NCBI GenBank assembly: GCA_051252135.1
Contig: JBPOGH010000005.1
Span: 64,001-128,000 of the forward strand
Length of the DNA stretch: 64,000 nt
Source: Verrucomicrobiaceae bacterium
GTDB taxonomy: Bacteria > Verrucomicrobiota > Verrucomicrobiia > Verrucomicrobiales > Akkermansiaceae
Direction of reading: 5' to 3'
The position numbers and the translations under genes were made by a program. The notes under the pieces are model-generated. The model saw only the letters and a list, made by a program, of their open reading frames with translations. It ran no database searches and was not told the DNA's origin. Of the stretch, positions 1 through 9,337 are shown piece after piece (position 1 is the first letter of the stretch; each line of letters opens with the position of its first letter).

Positions 1-1436
1 ACAAGGTCGTCTGCTTCGCACAAGAAAACCGTGAAAAAGGCGACCGCCTCCCCATGGATTGGCTCGGAGAAACTTCCGACAAATTCCAAGCACTCACCAA
101 GCGCGTAGAAATCCTCCCCTACGGAAAACGGAAACGCCTCCTCGCGGAAAAGCTCCCCGATGGATTCGCCGCCCGTGACGCCACTGACACCGCCTACATG
201 ACCCGTGTCGCCCGCCACTACCTCACCTACCTCGTCGAAAAGGACCACCATGTCTTCTGCACCAAAGGAAAGCACACCGCCTTCCTCCGCAAACAATGGG
301 GCCTCAATTCTCTCCTCCGTCACGACCTTCTCGACCTCAAAAACCGCGAAGACCACCGCCACCACGCCCTCGACGCAATCGTCATCGCCGCCTGCTCCCC
401 CTCCCTCCTCCAAAAAATTTCAAAAGAACTCACCTTTGAAAACAAATGGCGGGAAAAAGCCTGCGACGACGGCATAAAACGCCGTATTTACCGCCTCAAA
501 CCCGTAGCTGACACCATCACCCCGCCTTGGCCGACCTTCGCCCAAGATGCCGAATCCTCCCTCAACTCCATCTGGGTCTCCCACCGCCCAAACCGTAAAG
601 TCTCCGGCCCCCTCCACGAAGAAACCAATTACGGACCCACCGCAACTCCCGGCGTCCTTGTCCGCCGCAAGAATATCTCCTCCCTCAAAGACACCGAACT
701 CAAAAAAATACGCGACCCCGAAGTCGCCCGCGCCGTCACCACATACCTCGCCCGCGAAAAACGACTTTACCGCTCCGACATCGGAGGAAAATCCTTCAAA
801 GATGAACTTGATGCACTCTTCTCAAACCGCGAAAGCCTCGTCCAAAGCGACATCGACCTCATCGACGACAAAAAACTACGCACCACCCTCACAGCAAAGC
901 TCACGAAGAAGAACCCCCTCCAGGACGCCGACCTCGGAAAAATCACCCTCCCCTCCGGCATCCCCATCAAAAAAGCCCGCCTCCTTATCGCTAACAAGAC
1001 GGCAATTCCTCTCAGAGCACGCCAACCAAAAGAACTCCTCATCCCCGGCAACACCCACCACCTGGCAATCTTCTCCCTAGGCGACGGCAAATTCCACTTC
1101 GAACCCGTCACTCTCCTTGAAGCAACCCGCAGAAAACGCGCCAAACTACCCATCATCGATAAAACACCACCAAAAGACCAACCCGAAGCAGAATTCCTGA
1201 TGCACCTCTGCTCCGGCGACCTGATCTCCACCGTCGACGGCGACTCCACCAAACTCTTTGTCTTCAGCACCATTGCTGCAACCATCGGCCAAGCTCGCTT
1301 CGTCGAGCACACGGACGCCCGTGACTCAAAAACACGCAAACTCTTCACCGCAGGCCCAGGAAGCTTTGCCAAAAACTTTCCCAATGCCCAAAAGGTCGAA
1401 ATCTGGCCCTCTGGCGAACTTCGCCCTTCATCCTAA
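1..1436 (+). CDS. cas9: Type II-C Cas9, C-terminal part (5' truncated by window edge)
   Basis: The frame is open from nt 3 (KVVCFAQENREKGDRLP, end of HNH). It has RuvC-III motifs DTAYMTR and REDHRHHALDAIVIA, plus VSHRPNRKVSGPLHEET. It is followed by cas1, cas2 and the array, with no csn2 or cas4. Confidence 0.97.
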   Translation, partial: KVVCFAQENREKGDRLPMDWLGETSDKFQALTKRVEILPYGKRKRLLAEKLPDGFAARDATDTAYMTRVARHYLTYLVEKDHHVFCTKGKHTAFLRKQWGLNSLLRHDLLDLKNREDHRHHALDAIVIAACSPSLLQKISKELTFENKWREKACDDGIKRRIYRLKPVADTITPPWPTFAQDAESSLNSIWVSHRPNRKVSGPLHEETNYGPTATPGVLVRRKNISSLKDTELKKIRDPEVARAVTTYLAREKRLYRSDIGGKSFKDELDALFSNRESLVQSDIDLIDDKKLRTTLTAKLTKKNPLQDADLGKITLPSGIPIKKARLLIANKTAIPLRARQPKELLIPGNTHHLAIFSLGDGKFHFEPVTLLEATRRKRAKLPIIDKTPPKDQPEAEFLMHLCSGDLISTVDGDSTKLFVFSTIAATIGQARFVEHTDARDSKTRKLFTAGPGSFAKNFPNAQKVEIWPSGELRPSS

Positions 1437-1476
1437 CGAAAACACGGGAGCCAAATATCCCCCTTGTTCCGTTATA

Positions 1477-1600
1477 TGATCGCTGCTTGGCGTCAAACCG
1501 CACTAGCACGAAATCAGTTCATTAGCCAACGTCCGCGAACCCTCATCTGATCAATGTAAACCTACTCGCAAATCCGTCAGCTCGTGACCTTGAGTAATGA
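1477..1600 (+). ncRNA. Putative tracrRNA (anti-repeat at 1477-1507)
   Basis: TGATCGCTGCTTGGCGTCAAACCGCA matches the repeat segment TGATCACTGCTTGCAGTCAATCCGCA at 22/26 nt. It lies between cas9 and cas1. The 3' boundary is a guess. Confidence 0.7.
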
Positions 1601-1625
1601 TTCCTGATATTATATATCTATAATC

Positions 1626-2525
1626 ATGATAAAACACACTTTGGAGATCTCCCAGCGTCCCGCTCGGCTTTCACTAAGGAAAAAGCAACTTGTCATCCAC
1701 CTCGACGATGGAGAAAGAACCTTCGCTTGCGAAGACATCGGCGTCCTTGTCCTTCAAAACTCCGCCATATCACTCTCGTCAGCCCTTCTCAATGCCCTCC
1801 TCGAATCAGGAGCCGTCGTTGTCATTTGCAACGAACGCCACCTCCCCTCCGGACTTATCCTCCCCACCATCACCCATACTGAGCTGGTCCCCCGCCTCAT
1901 GGCCCAACTCGAGACCGGCCAACCCGCCCGGAAACAAGCGTGGAAGGCTATCATCCAAGCCAAAATTATAGCTCAACGAAACGAGATCGCACCTCCGGCC
2001 GCCACCGCCCTCAATCGCCTTGCCCAAACCGTCCGCTCCGGAGATCCTGACAACTACGAAGCCCAGGCCGCACGCATCTATTGGCCCTCAATGTTTCCGG
2101 AACGCTACGCCGCAAATGACAAACGCGACTCCGATAGTGAATCCCTCTTCAACTCCGCCCTCAACTACGGATACGCCATCATCCGCGCCTCTGTCGCCCG
2201 CGCACTCGTCTCCGCAGGACTTCACCCCGCCCTCGGCGTCTTCCACCACCGCCGAAGCAATCCTTTCTGCCTCGCCGATGATCTCATGGAACCCCTCAGG
2301 CCACTCGTCGACCGAGCCGTCAAAAGGATCCTCGCTAAAGCTCATGAACCAAACGACCGCAGGCTCCTCCCCGAGCACCGCCGCGTCCTACTCCAACTCC
2401 TCAATACCACTGTCACATTTTCCCAAACCAAAGGCCCTCTCATGGCCGTCCTACCGCGCTACATCAGTAGCTTTTATCGCCTCCTCGTGCGGGAAAGCGA
2501 CACCCTCGAAGTCCCTACCTACTGA
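1626..2525 (+). CDS. cas1: Type II CRISPR-associated endonuclease Cas1
   Basis: Motifs NYEAQAARIYW, NSALNYGYAIIR, LGVFHH..SNPFCLADDLMEP; operon position. Confidence 0.98.
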   Translation: MIKHTLEISQRPARLSLRKKQLVIHLDDGERTFACEDIGVLVLQNSAISLSSALLNALLESGAVVVICNERHLPSGLILPTITHTELVPRLMAQLETGQPARKQAWKAIIQAKIIAQRNEIAPPAATALNRLAQTVRSGDPDNYEAQAARIYWPSMFPERYAANDKRDSDSESLFNSALNYGYAIIRASVARALVSAGLHPALGVFHHRRSNPFCLADDLMEPLRPLVDRAVKRILAKAHEPNDRRLLPEHRRVLLQLLNTTVTFSQTKGPLMAVLPRYISSFYRLLVRESDTLEVPTY

Positions 2526-2528
2526 GTC

Positions 2529-2858
2529 ATGCACATCTCAGGCTATCGCTGCATGTGGATCATCGTTTTCTTCGACCTCCCCACCGACACAAAAAAGGCC
2601 AAGCGCCAATACACTGACTTTCGGAAAGGTCTCCTCGAAGACGGTTTCGCTATGATGCAGTATTCCGTTTACTATCGCCATTGCGCCAGCAAGGAAAACT
2701 CCACCGTGCACATGGACCGGATCCGAAAGATTGTCCCCCCTGATGGCGAAGTCCGCCTCGTCCAATTCACAGACAAACAGTTCGAACGCATGGAAGTCTT
2801 TCTCGGAAAACGCCGAACCAAGACCGAGGAAGCTCCCGCGCAGCTCGAAATGTTCTAA
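2529..2858 (+). CDS. cas2: CRISPR-associated endonuclease Cas2
   Basis: MWIIVFFDLP, GFAMMQYSVY, TDKQF motifs typical of type II Cas2. Confidence 0.98.
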   Translation: MHISGYRCMWIIVFFDLPTDTKKAKRQYTDFRKGLLEDGFAMMQYSVYYRHCASKENSTVHMDRIRKIVPPDGEVRLVQFTDKQFERMEVFLGKRRTKTEEAPAQLEMF

Positions 2859-2900
2859 ATAAAAGTCCCGGAACTCGCTCTAAATGAGCGAATCCCGAGA
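2857..2900 (-). terminator. Intrinsic terminator for the minus-strand (crRNA) transcript
   Basis: The minus strand reads TCTCGGGATTCGCTC-ATTTA-GAGCGAGTTCCGGGA-C-TTTTATTT: a ~15-bp stem with G:U pairs followed by a U-tract. Confidence 0.8.
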
Positions 2901-2905
2901 TATAG

Positions 2906-5900
2906 ATGGTAATTGATCACTGCTTGCAGTCAATCCGCAGCTTCCACGATGGGAACACCTCCGGAGCCAACATGGTAATTGATCACTGCTTGCAGTCAAT
3001 CCGCAGCTACAGGATAACGACCCAGCGCAGCCACCCATGGTAATTGATCACTGCTTGCAGTCAATCCGCAGCTACCCGAGTTTCCCCAGCCCCCCGAGGA
3101 AGATGGTAATTGATCACTGCTTGCAGTCAATCCGCAGCACATCAGACTTGAGCCTCACCTCGCCCTCGATGGTAATTGATCACTGCTTGCAGTCAATCCG
3201 CAGCATGGTGGTGTAGCCACGTGGGTTCATTCCTATGGTAATTGATCACTGCTTGCAGTCAATCCGCAGCGGTAGAACAACAACAACCCCACCAGCAACC
3301 ATGGTAATTGATCACTGCTTGCAGTCAATCCGCAGCGGTCGGAGGATAGGGCAATGCGGGGACGCAATGGTAATTGATCACTGCTTGCAGTCAATCCGCA
3401 GCAACGCGAAGAAGGCGGAGAAGGACAAAATCATGGTAATTGATCACTGCTTGCAGTCAATCCGCAGCTGCGACGATTGAGGCGATTAAAGAGAATCATG
3501 GTAATTGATCACTGCTTGCAGTCAATCCGCAGCTACCACTCATTAAAGGGACTGGTGCCCATTATGGTAATTGATCACTGCTTGCAGTCAATCCGCAGCG
3601 GACCAAAGAAATGGGTTGACGACAAGGCGATGGTAATTGATCACTGCTTGCAGTCAATCCGCAGCTACGGCGGTGCAGATGGTAAACCAGTTCGCATGGT
3701 AATTGATCACTGCTTGCAGTCAATCCGCAGCTACGATGCCACGCCGGAACGATTGCGGGAGATGGTAATTGATCACTGCTTGCAGTCAATCCGCAGCCAA
3801 GTGTTCCTGTTAGGAGTCTTAGGAGGATGGTAATTGATCACTGCTTGCAGTCAATCCGCAGCTACCAGATGATTACGAAGCGGTCCTAACGGATGGTAAT
3901 TGATCACTGCTTGCAGTCAATCCGCAGCAGCCTAACAACCTCCGGTTTTTTCGTGCCCATGGTAATTGATCACTGCTTGCAGTCAATCCGCAGCAACGCC
4001 ACATTCACCGCGTCCGCCTCCTTCATGGTAATTGATCACTGCTTGCAGTCAATCCGCAGCACCCGTGGCAGATTCATCATCACCGCATCATGGTAATTGA
4101 TCACTGCTTGCAGTCAATCCGCAGCAGAGTGTGGGGGTGAATGCGGGGAAGGATGATGGTAATTGATCACTGCTTGCAGTCAATCCGCAGCACGGGAAGG
4201 AGTTGGCTGCGCAGCCTGGTCATGGTAATTGATCACTGCTTGCAGTCAATCCGCAGCTAAGAGCGTAGTCGTCAACCTTGAGGGCGAATGGTAATTGATC
4301 ACTGCTTGCAGTCAATCCGCAGCAATGGATTGGAGACCATCGCGACCGGGTGAATGGTAATTGATCACTGCTTGCAGTCAATCCGCAGCTACTCCATCAT
4401 CACCAAGCGCGATGGCGTATGGTAATTGATCACTGCTTGCAGTCAATCCGCAGCGAATTTCAGGTGATGGGGTTGAATGCCCAAATGGTAATTGATCACT
4501 GCTTGCAGTCAATCCGCAGCTAAGCCTTGCGTAAGCACATACCAATGTGCATGGTAATTGATCACTGCTTGCAGTCAATCCGCAGCCCTACAGTCGGTCA
4601 CGATCGGCGATGTGACATGGTAATTGATCACTGCTTGCAGTCAATCCGCAGCAACCGGCTCGCACCGGCGTCGCTCGGGCTTATGGTAATTGATCACTGC
4701 TTGCAGTCAATCCGCAGCTCCGCGAAAAGATTCGTGGCGGAGTCGCCAATGGTAATTGATCACTGCTTGCAGTCAATCCGCAGCGCAACAACCGCATCAT
4801 CAAAGGCGAAGAAAATGGTAATTGATCACTGCTTGCAGTCAATCCGCAGCGATATCAATGAGATTGTGAACGGGGTGCAGATGGTAATTGATCACTGCTT
4901 GCAGTCAATCCGCAGCGACAGTGAAAGGAGCGAGTCGAATCGTGAAATGGTAATTGATCACTGCTTGCAGTCAATCCGCAGCTCAGAAGCATTGCCAGAC
5001 AAGCCAAGATTGATGGTAATTGATCACTGCTTGCAGTCAATCCGCAGCCATTACTCTGGAATACCGAGAGAGCCGAGTATGGTAATTGATCACTGCTTGC
5101 AGTCAATCCGCAGCGAAGCCACCGAGCTTTCCGCCCTCATCCTCATGGTAATTGATCACTGCTTGCAGTCAATCCGCAGCTGCAACGCTTCAACTGTCCC
5201 ACCCCGCCCTATGGTAATTGATCACTGCTTGCAGTCAATCCGCAGCGCGCGGTGATGAACATGGCCCCATCAAACCATGGTAATTGATCACTGCTTGCAG
5301 TCAATCCGCAGCCAACGCCCCGAGATTCCCCCATGATATCGCATGGTAATTGATCACTGCTTGCAGTCAATCCGCAGCACCCCACTCTCGGGAATAAAAA
5401 GCAGATTCATGGTAATTGATCACTGCTTGCAGTCAATCCGCAGCCACAATGGAAGGATCCCCAATACTCTGCGAATGGTAATTGATCACTGCTTGCAGTC
5501 AATCCGCAGCAATTAACCGACTAAAACTACGACGATGAAAATGGTAATTGATCACTGCTTGCAGTCAATCCGCAGCATGCGAGCACCATCATACTACGAT
5601 GGAAGGATGGTAATTGATCACTGCTTGCAGTCAATCCGCAGCAAGCTCGTCGACCACCTCGTCGGCTTCCTCATGGTAATTGATCACTGCTTGCAGTCAA
5701 TCCGCAGCGACAGCTTCGATTTGGTGACGGATGCAAGCATGGTAATTGATCACTGCTTGCAGTCAATCCGCAGCTGCAACGGAAGAGGCTATGCCGTCGA
5801 GCTGATGGTAATTGATCACTGCTTGCAGTCAATCCGCAGCACGAAGGTGGAGGGGGCGATCTGCGGCGCGATGGTAATTGATCACTGCTTGCAGTCAATC

Positions 5901-5906
5901 CGCAGC
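2906..5906 (-). CRISPR. CRISPR array: 46 identical 36-bp repeats, 45 spacers (40 of 30 nt, 5 of 29 nt)
   Basis: Repeat (+) ATGGTAATTGATCACTGCTTGCAGTCAATCCGCAGC, first copy 2906-2941, last 5871-5906, period 66/65 bp. Minus-strand orientation (GCTGCGGATTG...TACCAT) is inferred from the terminator and anti-repeat. Confidence 0.99.
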
Positions 5907-5925
5907 CGAAACCGGTAACCCCGCC

Positions 5926-7197
5926 TCACGGCTGGAAACAAAACGCAAAGTCACTCGTAAACGCCATCTCGCTCACCGGCATCCGTCTCGGCGCACCTCT
6001 CCCCTCCCAGCTCTCCAAAAAGATCACCTCCTTGCGCGCATCGTTGAAACCAATAATCACCGAGGCATGCAGCGGCGACCTCTTCTCTTTCGACGGCAAC
6101 CCCGCCTCAGCCAGCTTCTCAAAAACCACCTCTTCTCCCTCCGCAAAATCCCGTGACACCTCCGTGTGCAACCGGTCCCGCCCCTGATCCCAGCGCCGCC
6201 ACACAATCACCGGCATCCCCGCCTGCACCGATCTCCGCACCTCCCCGTGATCATACTCACGCGATCTCTCCATGCTCAACTGCGCCTCCCGCGCCACCGC
6301 ATCATAAAGCCCCAACATATCGGACCCCGCGGCCGATCCCGTATTCTGAAACTTCCCCGCCACCGCCAGCCAGTCCTCATCCAAATGCAGCCCCAAATAA
6401 CGCGCCACCATCGTCAGCGTGTTCAACCCGCAATACGGCCGATACCCCTGCGGCACCACCTCCACCCCTGGGATCATCACATCACCCCGCTCCGTCTTCA
6501 CCACCTTCGCTTCAAACTCCCTCAATCTCCCCCGCTCCCCAAGCTCCTCCTGCGACCGATCAAGCCAGGTCGACGGCTCGCTCCCTTTCTTCGAAACACT
6601 CACCCGCAACAACCGGTCCGGCGCCGCCAACAAGCGCACCACCACTCCCTCCTTCTTACTCTCATACTCCTTCAACTCCGCCCGCAAATCACGCGACCTC
6701 CCCCGCTTCTCCTTCGACGGCCTCCCGTCGATCTTCAGCAAGCTCGCCTCCAACTCCTTCAACCTCTCCCCATAAAGCTCCGCAAACTCAACCTGCCGAT
6801 CCGCCACCCGCTGCCGCAACACCTCCAAACCCTCCTCACGACTCACCCCCTCCGGCGCGCTCAGATCAAGGTAGCCAAAAAACGACCCCGCATCCGCAAA
6901 AGTAATCTGCAACTCCTCCAGACTCTCCCCCCGATGCAACGCCCGCACCAGCAGCGCATCCAACCCAAACACCTTCGGCCGCGCCATCAGATAGGCCGAC
7001 TTCACATCCGCCACCCCCGCATCCGCCACCCACTCCCCCGGCAATCCCCTCTCCCCGCCCCACACTCCCGCCGCCATCACCTCCTCCGTCAAGTCCACCC
7101 CATTCAACGGACTCTCATTCCGGGCCAACGCCCCTAAAACAGCATTTGGCAACGCCGCCAATCGGGCCGTAAGTAACAAAAAGATTACAAGTTTCAC
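5926..7197 (-). CDS. Secreted protein with C-terminal C39-like (papain-fold) peptidase domain
   Basis: Signal peptide; PQGYRPYCG (Q..C), GMPVIV, HASVIIG, FLESW. Confidence 0.7.
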   Translation of the reverse strand: MKLVIFLLLTARLAALPNAVLGALARNESPLNGVDLTEEVMAAGVWGGERGLPGEWVADAGVADVKSAYLMARPKVFGLDALLVRALHRGESLEELQITFADAGSFFGYLDLSAPEGVSREEGLEVLRQRVADRQVEFAELYGERLKELEASLLKIDGRPSKEKRGRSRDLRAELKEYESKKEGVVVRLLAAPDRLLRVSVSKKGSEPSTWLDRSQEELGERGRLREFEAKVVKTERGDVMIPGVEVVPQGYRPYCGLNTLTMVARYLGLHLDEDWLAVAGKFQNTGSAAGSDMLGLYDAVAREAQLSMERSREYDHGEVRRSVQAGMPVIVWRRWDQGRDRLHTEVSRDFAEGEEVVFEKLAEAGLPSKEKRSPLHASVIIGFNDARKEVIFLESWEGRGAPRRMPVSEMAFTSDFAFCFQP

Positions 7198-7259
7198 TCG
7201 CTACACAAAACACCTGTCCCATTCCTCCGTCAACGTCTACCTCGCCACCCTCCCCAACC

Positions 7260-8498
7260 ATGCCTCCCGTCCTAATCATCGGCGCCGGACTCTCCGGACT
7301 CTCCTGCGCCCTCCACCTTCACAAAAAAAACATCCCCTTCCAAATCCTCGAAGCATCCGACGCCGTAGGCGGACGCGTCCGCACCGATCAAGTCGATGGC
7401 TTCCTCCTCGACCGCGGCTTCCAGGTCTTCCTCGACGCCTACCCCAAGGCCGGCCAACTCCTCGACCTCCCCGCTCTCGACCTCAAACCCTTCGCCCCCG
7501 GAGCCCTCGTCTTCGATGGCTCAAAACTTCACCCCGTCATGGACGTCTTCCGCCGTCCCACTTCCGCCCTCTCCAGCGCCCTCGCCCCCATCGGCACCCT
7601 CGCCGACAAACTCCGTGTCGCCCTCCTCCGCTTCAAACTCCTCAAGGAATCCCAAGCCACCCCCGATCAGACCACCGAATCCTTCCTCCAACACTTCGGA
7701 TTCTCCCCCCGCATCATCGACACCTTCTTCCGCTCCTTCTACGGCGGCATCTTTCTCGAAAACGACCTCCGCACCTCGTCCAAAATGTTCGAGTTCACCT
7801 TCCGCATGTTCACCAAAGGATCCGCCACCCTCCCCGCCCAAGGCATGCAAGCCATCCCCAACCAACTCGCCTCCCAACTCCCCGCCGATTCCATCCGCCT
7901 CAACACCCCCGTCACCTCCATCAGCGAAAAAACCATCACCCTCGCCTCCGGCGAAACCATCACCGCCTCACACATCGTCCTCGCCACCAACTCCCACCAC
8001 GCCGCCCAACTCCTCCCCACCTTCGCCCCCCAGGCTCCCACCTGGCGCTCCGTCACCAATCTTTACTTCGCCACCAACACCCCACCCTTCACCGAACCCA
8101 TCATCGCCCTCAACGGCACCCGCAAAGGACTCATCAACAACATCGCCATCCTCTCAAACATCGCCCCCTCCTACGCCCCCGCAGACCAAGCCCTCCTCTC
8201 CATCTCCCTCCTCGGCCTCCACTCCCGGGAAAACCTTCCCGAACTCATCCAGGAAGAACTCCAAAGCTGGTTCGGCCCCACCGCCCAATCCTACCGACAC
8301 CTCCGCACCGACCTCATCCCCCACGCCCTCCCCGAACAAGCACCCGGTCAAACATCAACCTCTCCCCTCAAAATAAACAACACCTACCTCTGCGGCGACC
8401 ACACCACCACCGCCTCCATCGAAGGCGCCCTCATCTCCGGCCAAAAAACCGCCCAACAAATCATCAAAAATCAACCTGCCGCCCCCGCCCCTTCTTAA
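7260..8498 (+). CDS. FAD-dependent oxidoreductase (flavin amine oxidase / phytoene desaturase-like family)
   Basis: IIGAGLSGL Rossmann motif, EASDAVGGR, LDRGFQV, C-terminal CGD....SIEGALISG. Confidence 0.9.
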   Translation: MPPVLIIGAGLSGLSCALHLHKKNIPFQILEASDAVGGRVRTDQVDGFLLDRGFQVFLDAYPKAGQLLDLPALDLKPFAPGALVFDGSKLHPVMDVFRRPTSALSSALAPIGTLADKLRVALLRFKLLKESQATPDQTTESFLQHFGFSPRIIDTFFRSFYGGIFLENDLRTSSKMFEFTFRMFTKGSATLPAQGMQAIPNQLASQLPADSIRLNTPVTSISEKTITLASGETITASHIVLATNSHHAAQLLPTFAPQAPTWRSVTNLYFATNTPPFTEPIIALNGTRKGLINNIAILSNIAPSYAPADQALLSISLLGLHSRENLPELIQEELQSWFGPTAQSYRHLRTDLIPHALPEQAPGQTSTSPLKINNTYLCGDHTTTASIEGALISGQKTAQQIIKNQPAAPAPS

Positions 8499-8712
8499 TC
8501 TCCTCCCGACTCCGTTCAAACAAACCCCGATGCTTCGTCACCCGCCCACTCACCCGCTTCCGCCACCTCCGGAAACTCGACGTCTTCACCCCACCCCGCA
8601 TCACCTTGATCACCTCCGCCTCCGACAGCCCCGTCTTCTCCTCAATCTCATCAAAAGTCGTCCGATCCTCCCAAGCCATCCGGATCACCCGATCTCTCAA
8701 CTCTTCGTTCAT
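8464..8712 (-). CDS. TIGR03643/DUF2805-type small conserved protein
   Basis: RVIRMAWEDRTTFDEI...SSFRRWRKRVSGR.TKH signature. Confidence 0.85.
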   Translation of the reverse strand: MNEELRDRVIRMAWEDRTTFDEIEEKTGLSEAEVIKVMRGGVKTSSFRRWRKRVSGRVTKHRGLFERSREEIKKGRGRQVDF

Positions 8713-8932
8713 CCCAACCCATCACCCCGTTCCCCAAAAAATCAACCCCATCTCCCTCATCAGCAGTCCCCCTCAACCAAGCTTCTGATTCTTCTGCTCT
8801 TTCTGTGGTGAAATCCGCCAAGCCAAGATTCGCCCCATTCGCAACATTGACTGAAGTCTATCTCCACTGCGTTCCGGTTCGCGTTCCCTCACCCCAACCA
8901 AGCCCCCTCAACCAAGCCCCCCCCAGCCAAGC

Positions 8933-8967
8933 AATTCCTAATCCCTAATTCAAAATTCCTAATTCAA
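8933..8967 (+). repeat. Five tandem AT-rich heptamers (AATTCCT AATCCCT AATTCAA AATTCCT AATTCAA)
   Basis: Read directly. It abuts the ATG at 8969, and a similar run lies at 15020-15054. Confidence 0.8.
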
Positions 8968-8968
8968 A

Positions 8969-9334
8969 ATGCCCCCACCCAAAACCTGCCAACGCTGCGG
9001 CCGCCTCATCGAATGGCGCAAAAAATGGGAAACCAACTGGGACGATATCCGCTACTGCTCCGCCCAATGCCGTAAAAACAAACTCACCCCCACCGATCAC
9101 CAACTCGAACAAACCATCCTCGCCCTCCTCCAACAAATCCCGCGAGGAAAAACCATCTGCCCCAGCCAGGCCACCCGCCAACTCTTCCCCGAAGACCAAT
9201 GGCGCGACCAAATGGAACCCACCCGCCAAGCCGCCCGCCGCCTTGTCGCCCAACAAAAAATCGACATCCTCCAAAAAGGCAAAATCGTCGACCCCTCCAC
9301 CGCCAAAGGCCCCATCCGCCTCCGCTTAAAATAA
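8969..9334 (+). CDS. DUF2256 + DUF3253 fusion protein
   Basis: KTCQRCGR.IEWRKKW...W..IRYCS..C followed by GKTICPS...R...W...M...R.AA..L......I.QKG......KGPIRL. Confidence 0.85.
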   Translation: MPPPKTCQRCGRLIEWRKKWETNWDDIRYCSAQCRKNKLTPTDHQLEQTILALLQQIPRGKTICPSQATRQLFPEDQWRDQMEPTRQAARRLVAQQKIDILQKGKIVDPSTAKGPIRLRLK

Positions 9335-9337
9335 CCC

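Noticed and set aside
2942..5870. Possible self-targeting or duplicated spacers
   Set aside because: None seen by eye within the window. An exhaustive check needs BLASTN, so no claim is made.
3235..5918. ORFs made of MVIDHCLQSIRS / CGLTASSDQLP repeats (up to 242 aa)
   Set aside because: Translation artefacts of the 66-bp CRISPR period (a multiple of 3) and a stop-free repeat frame.
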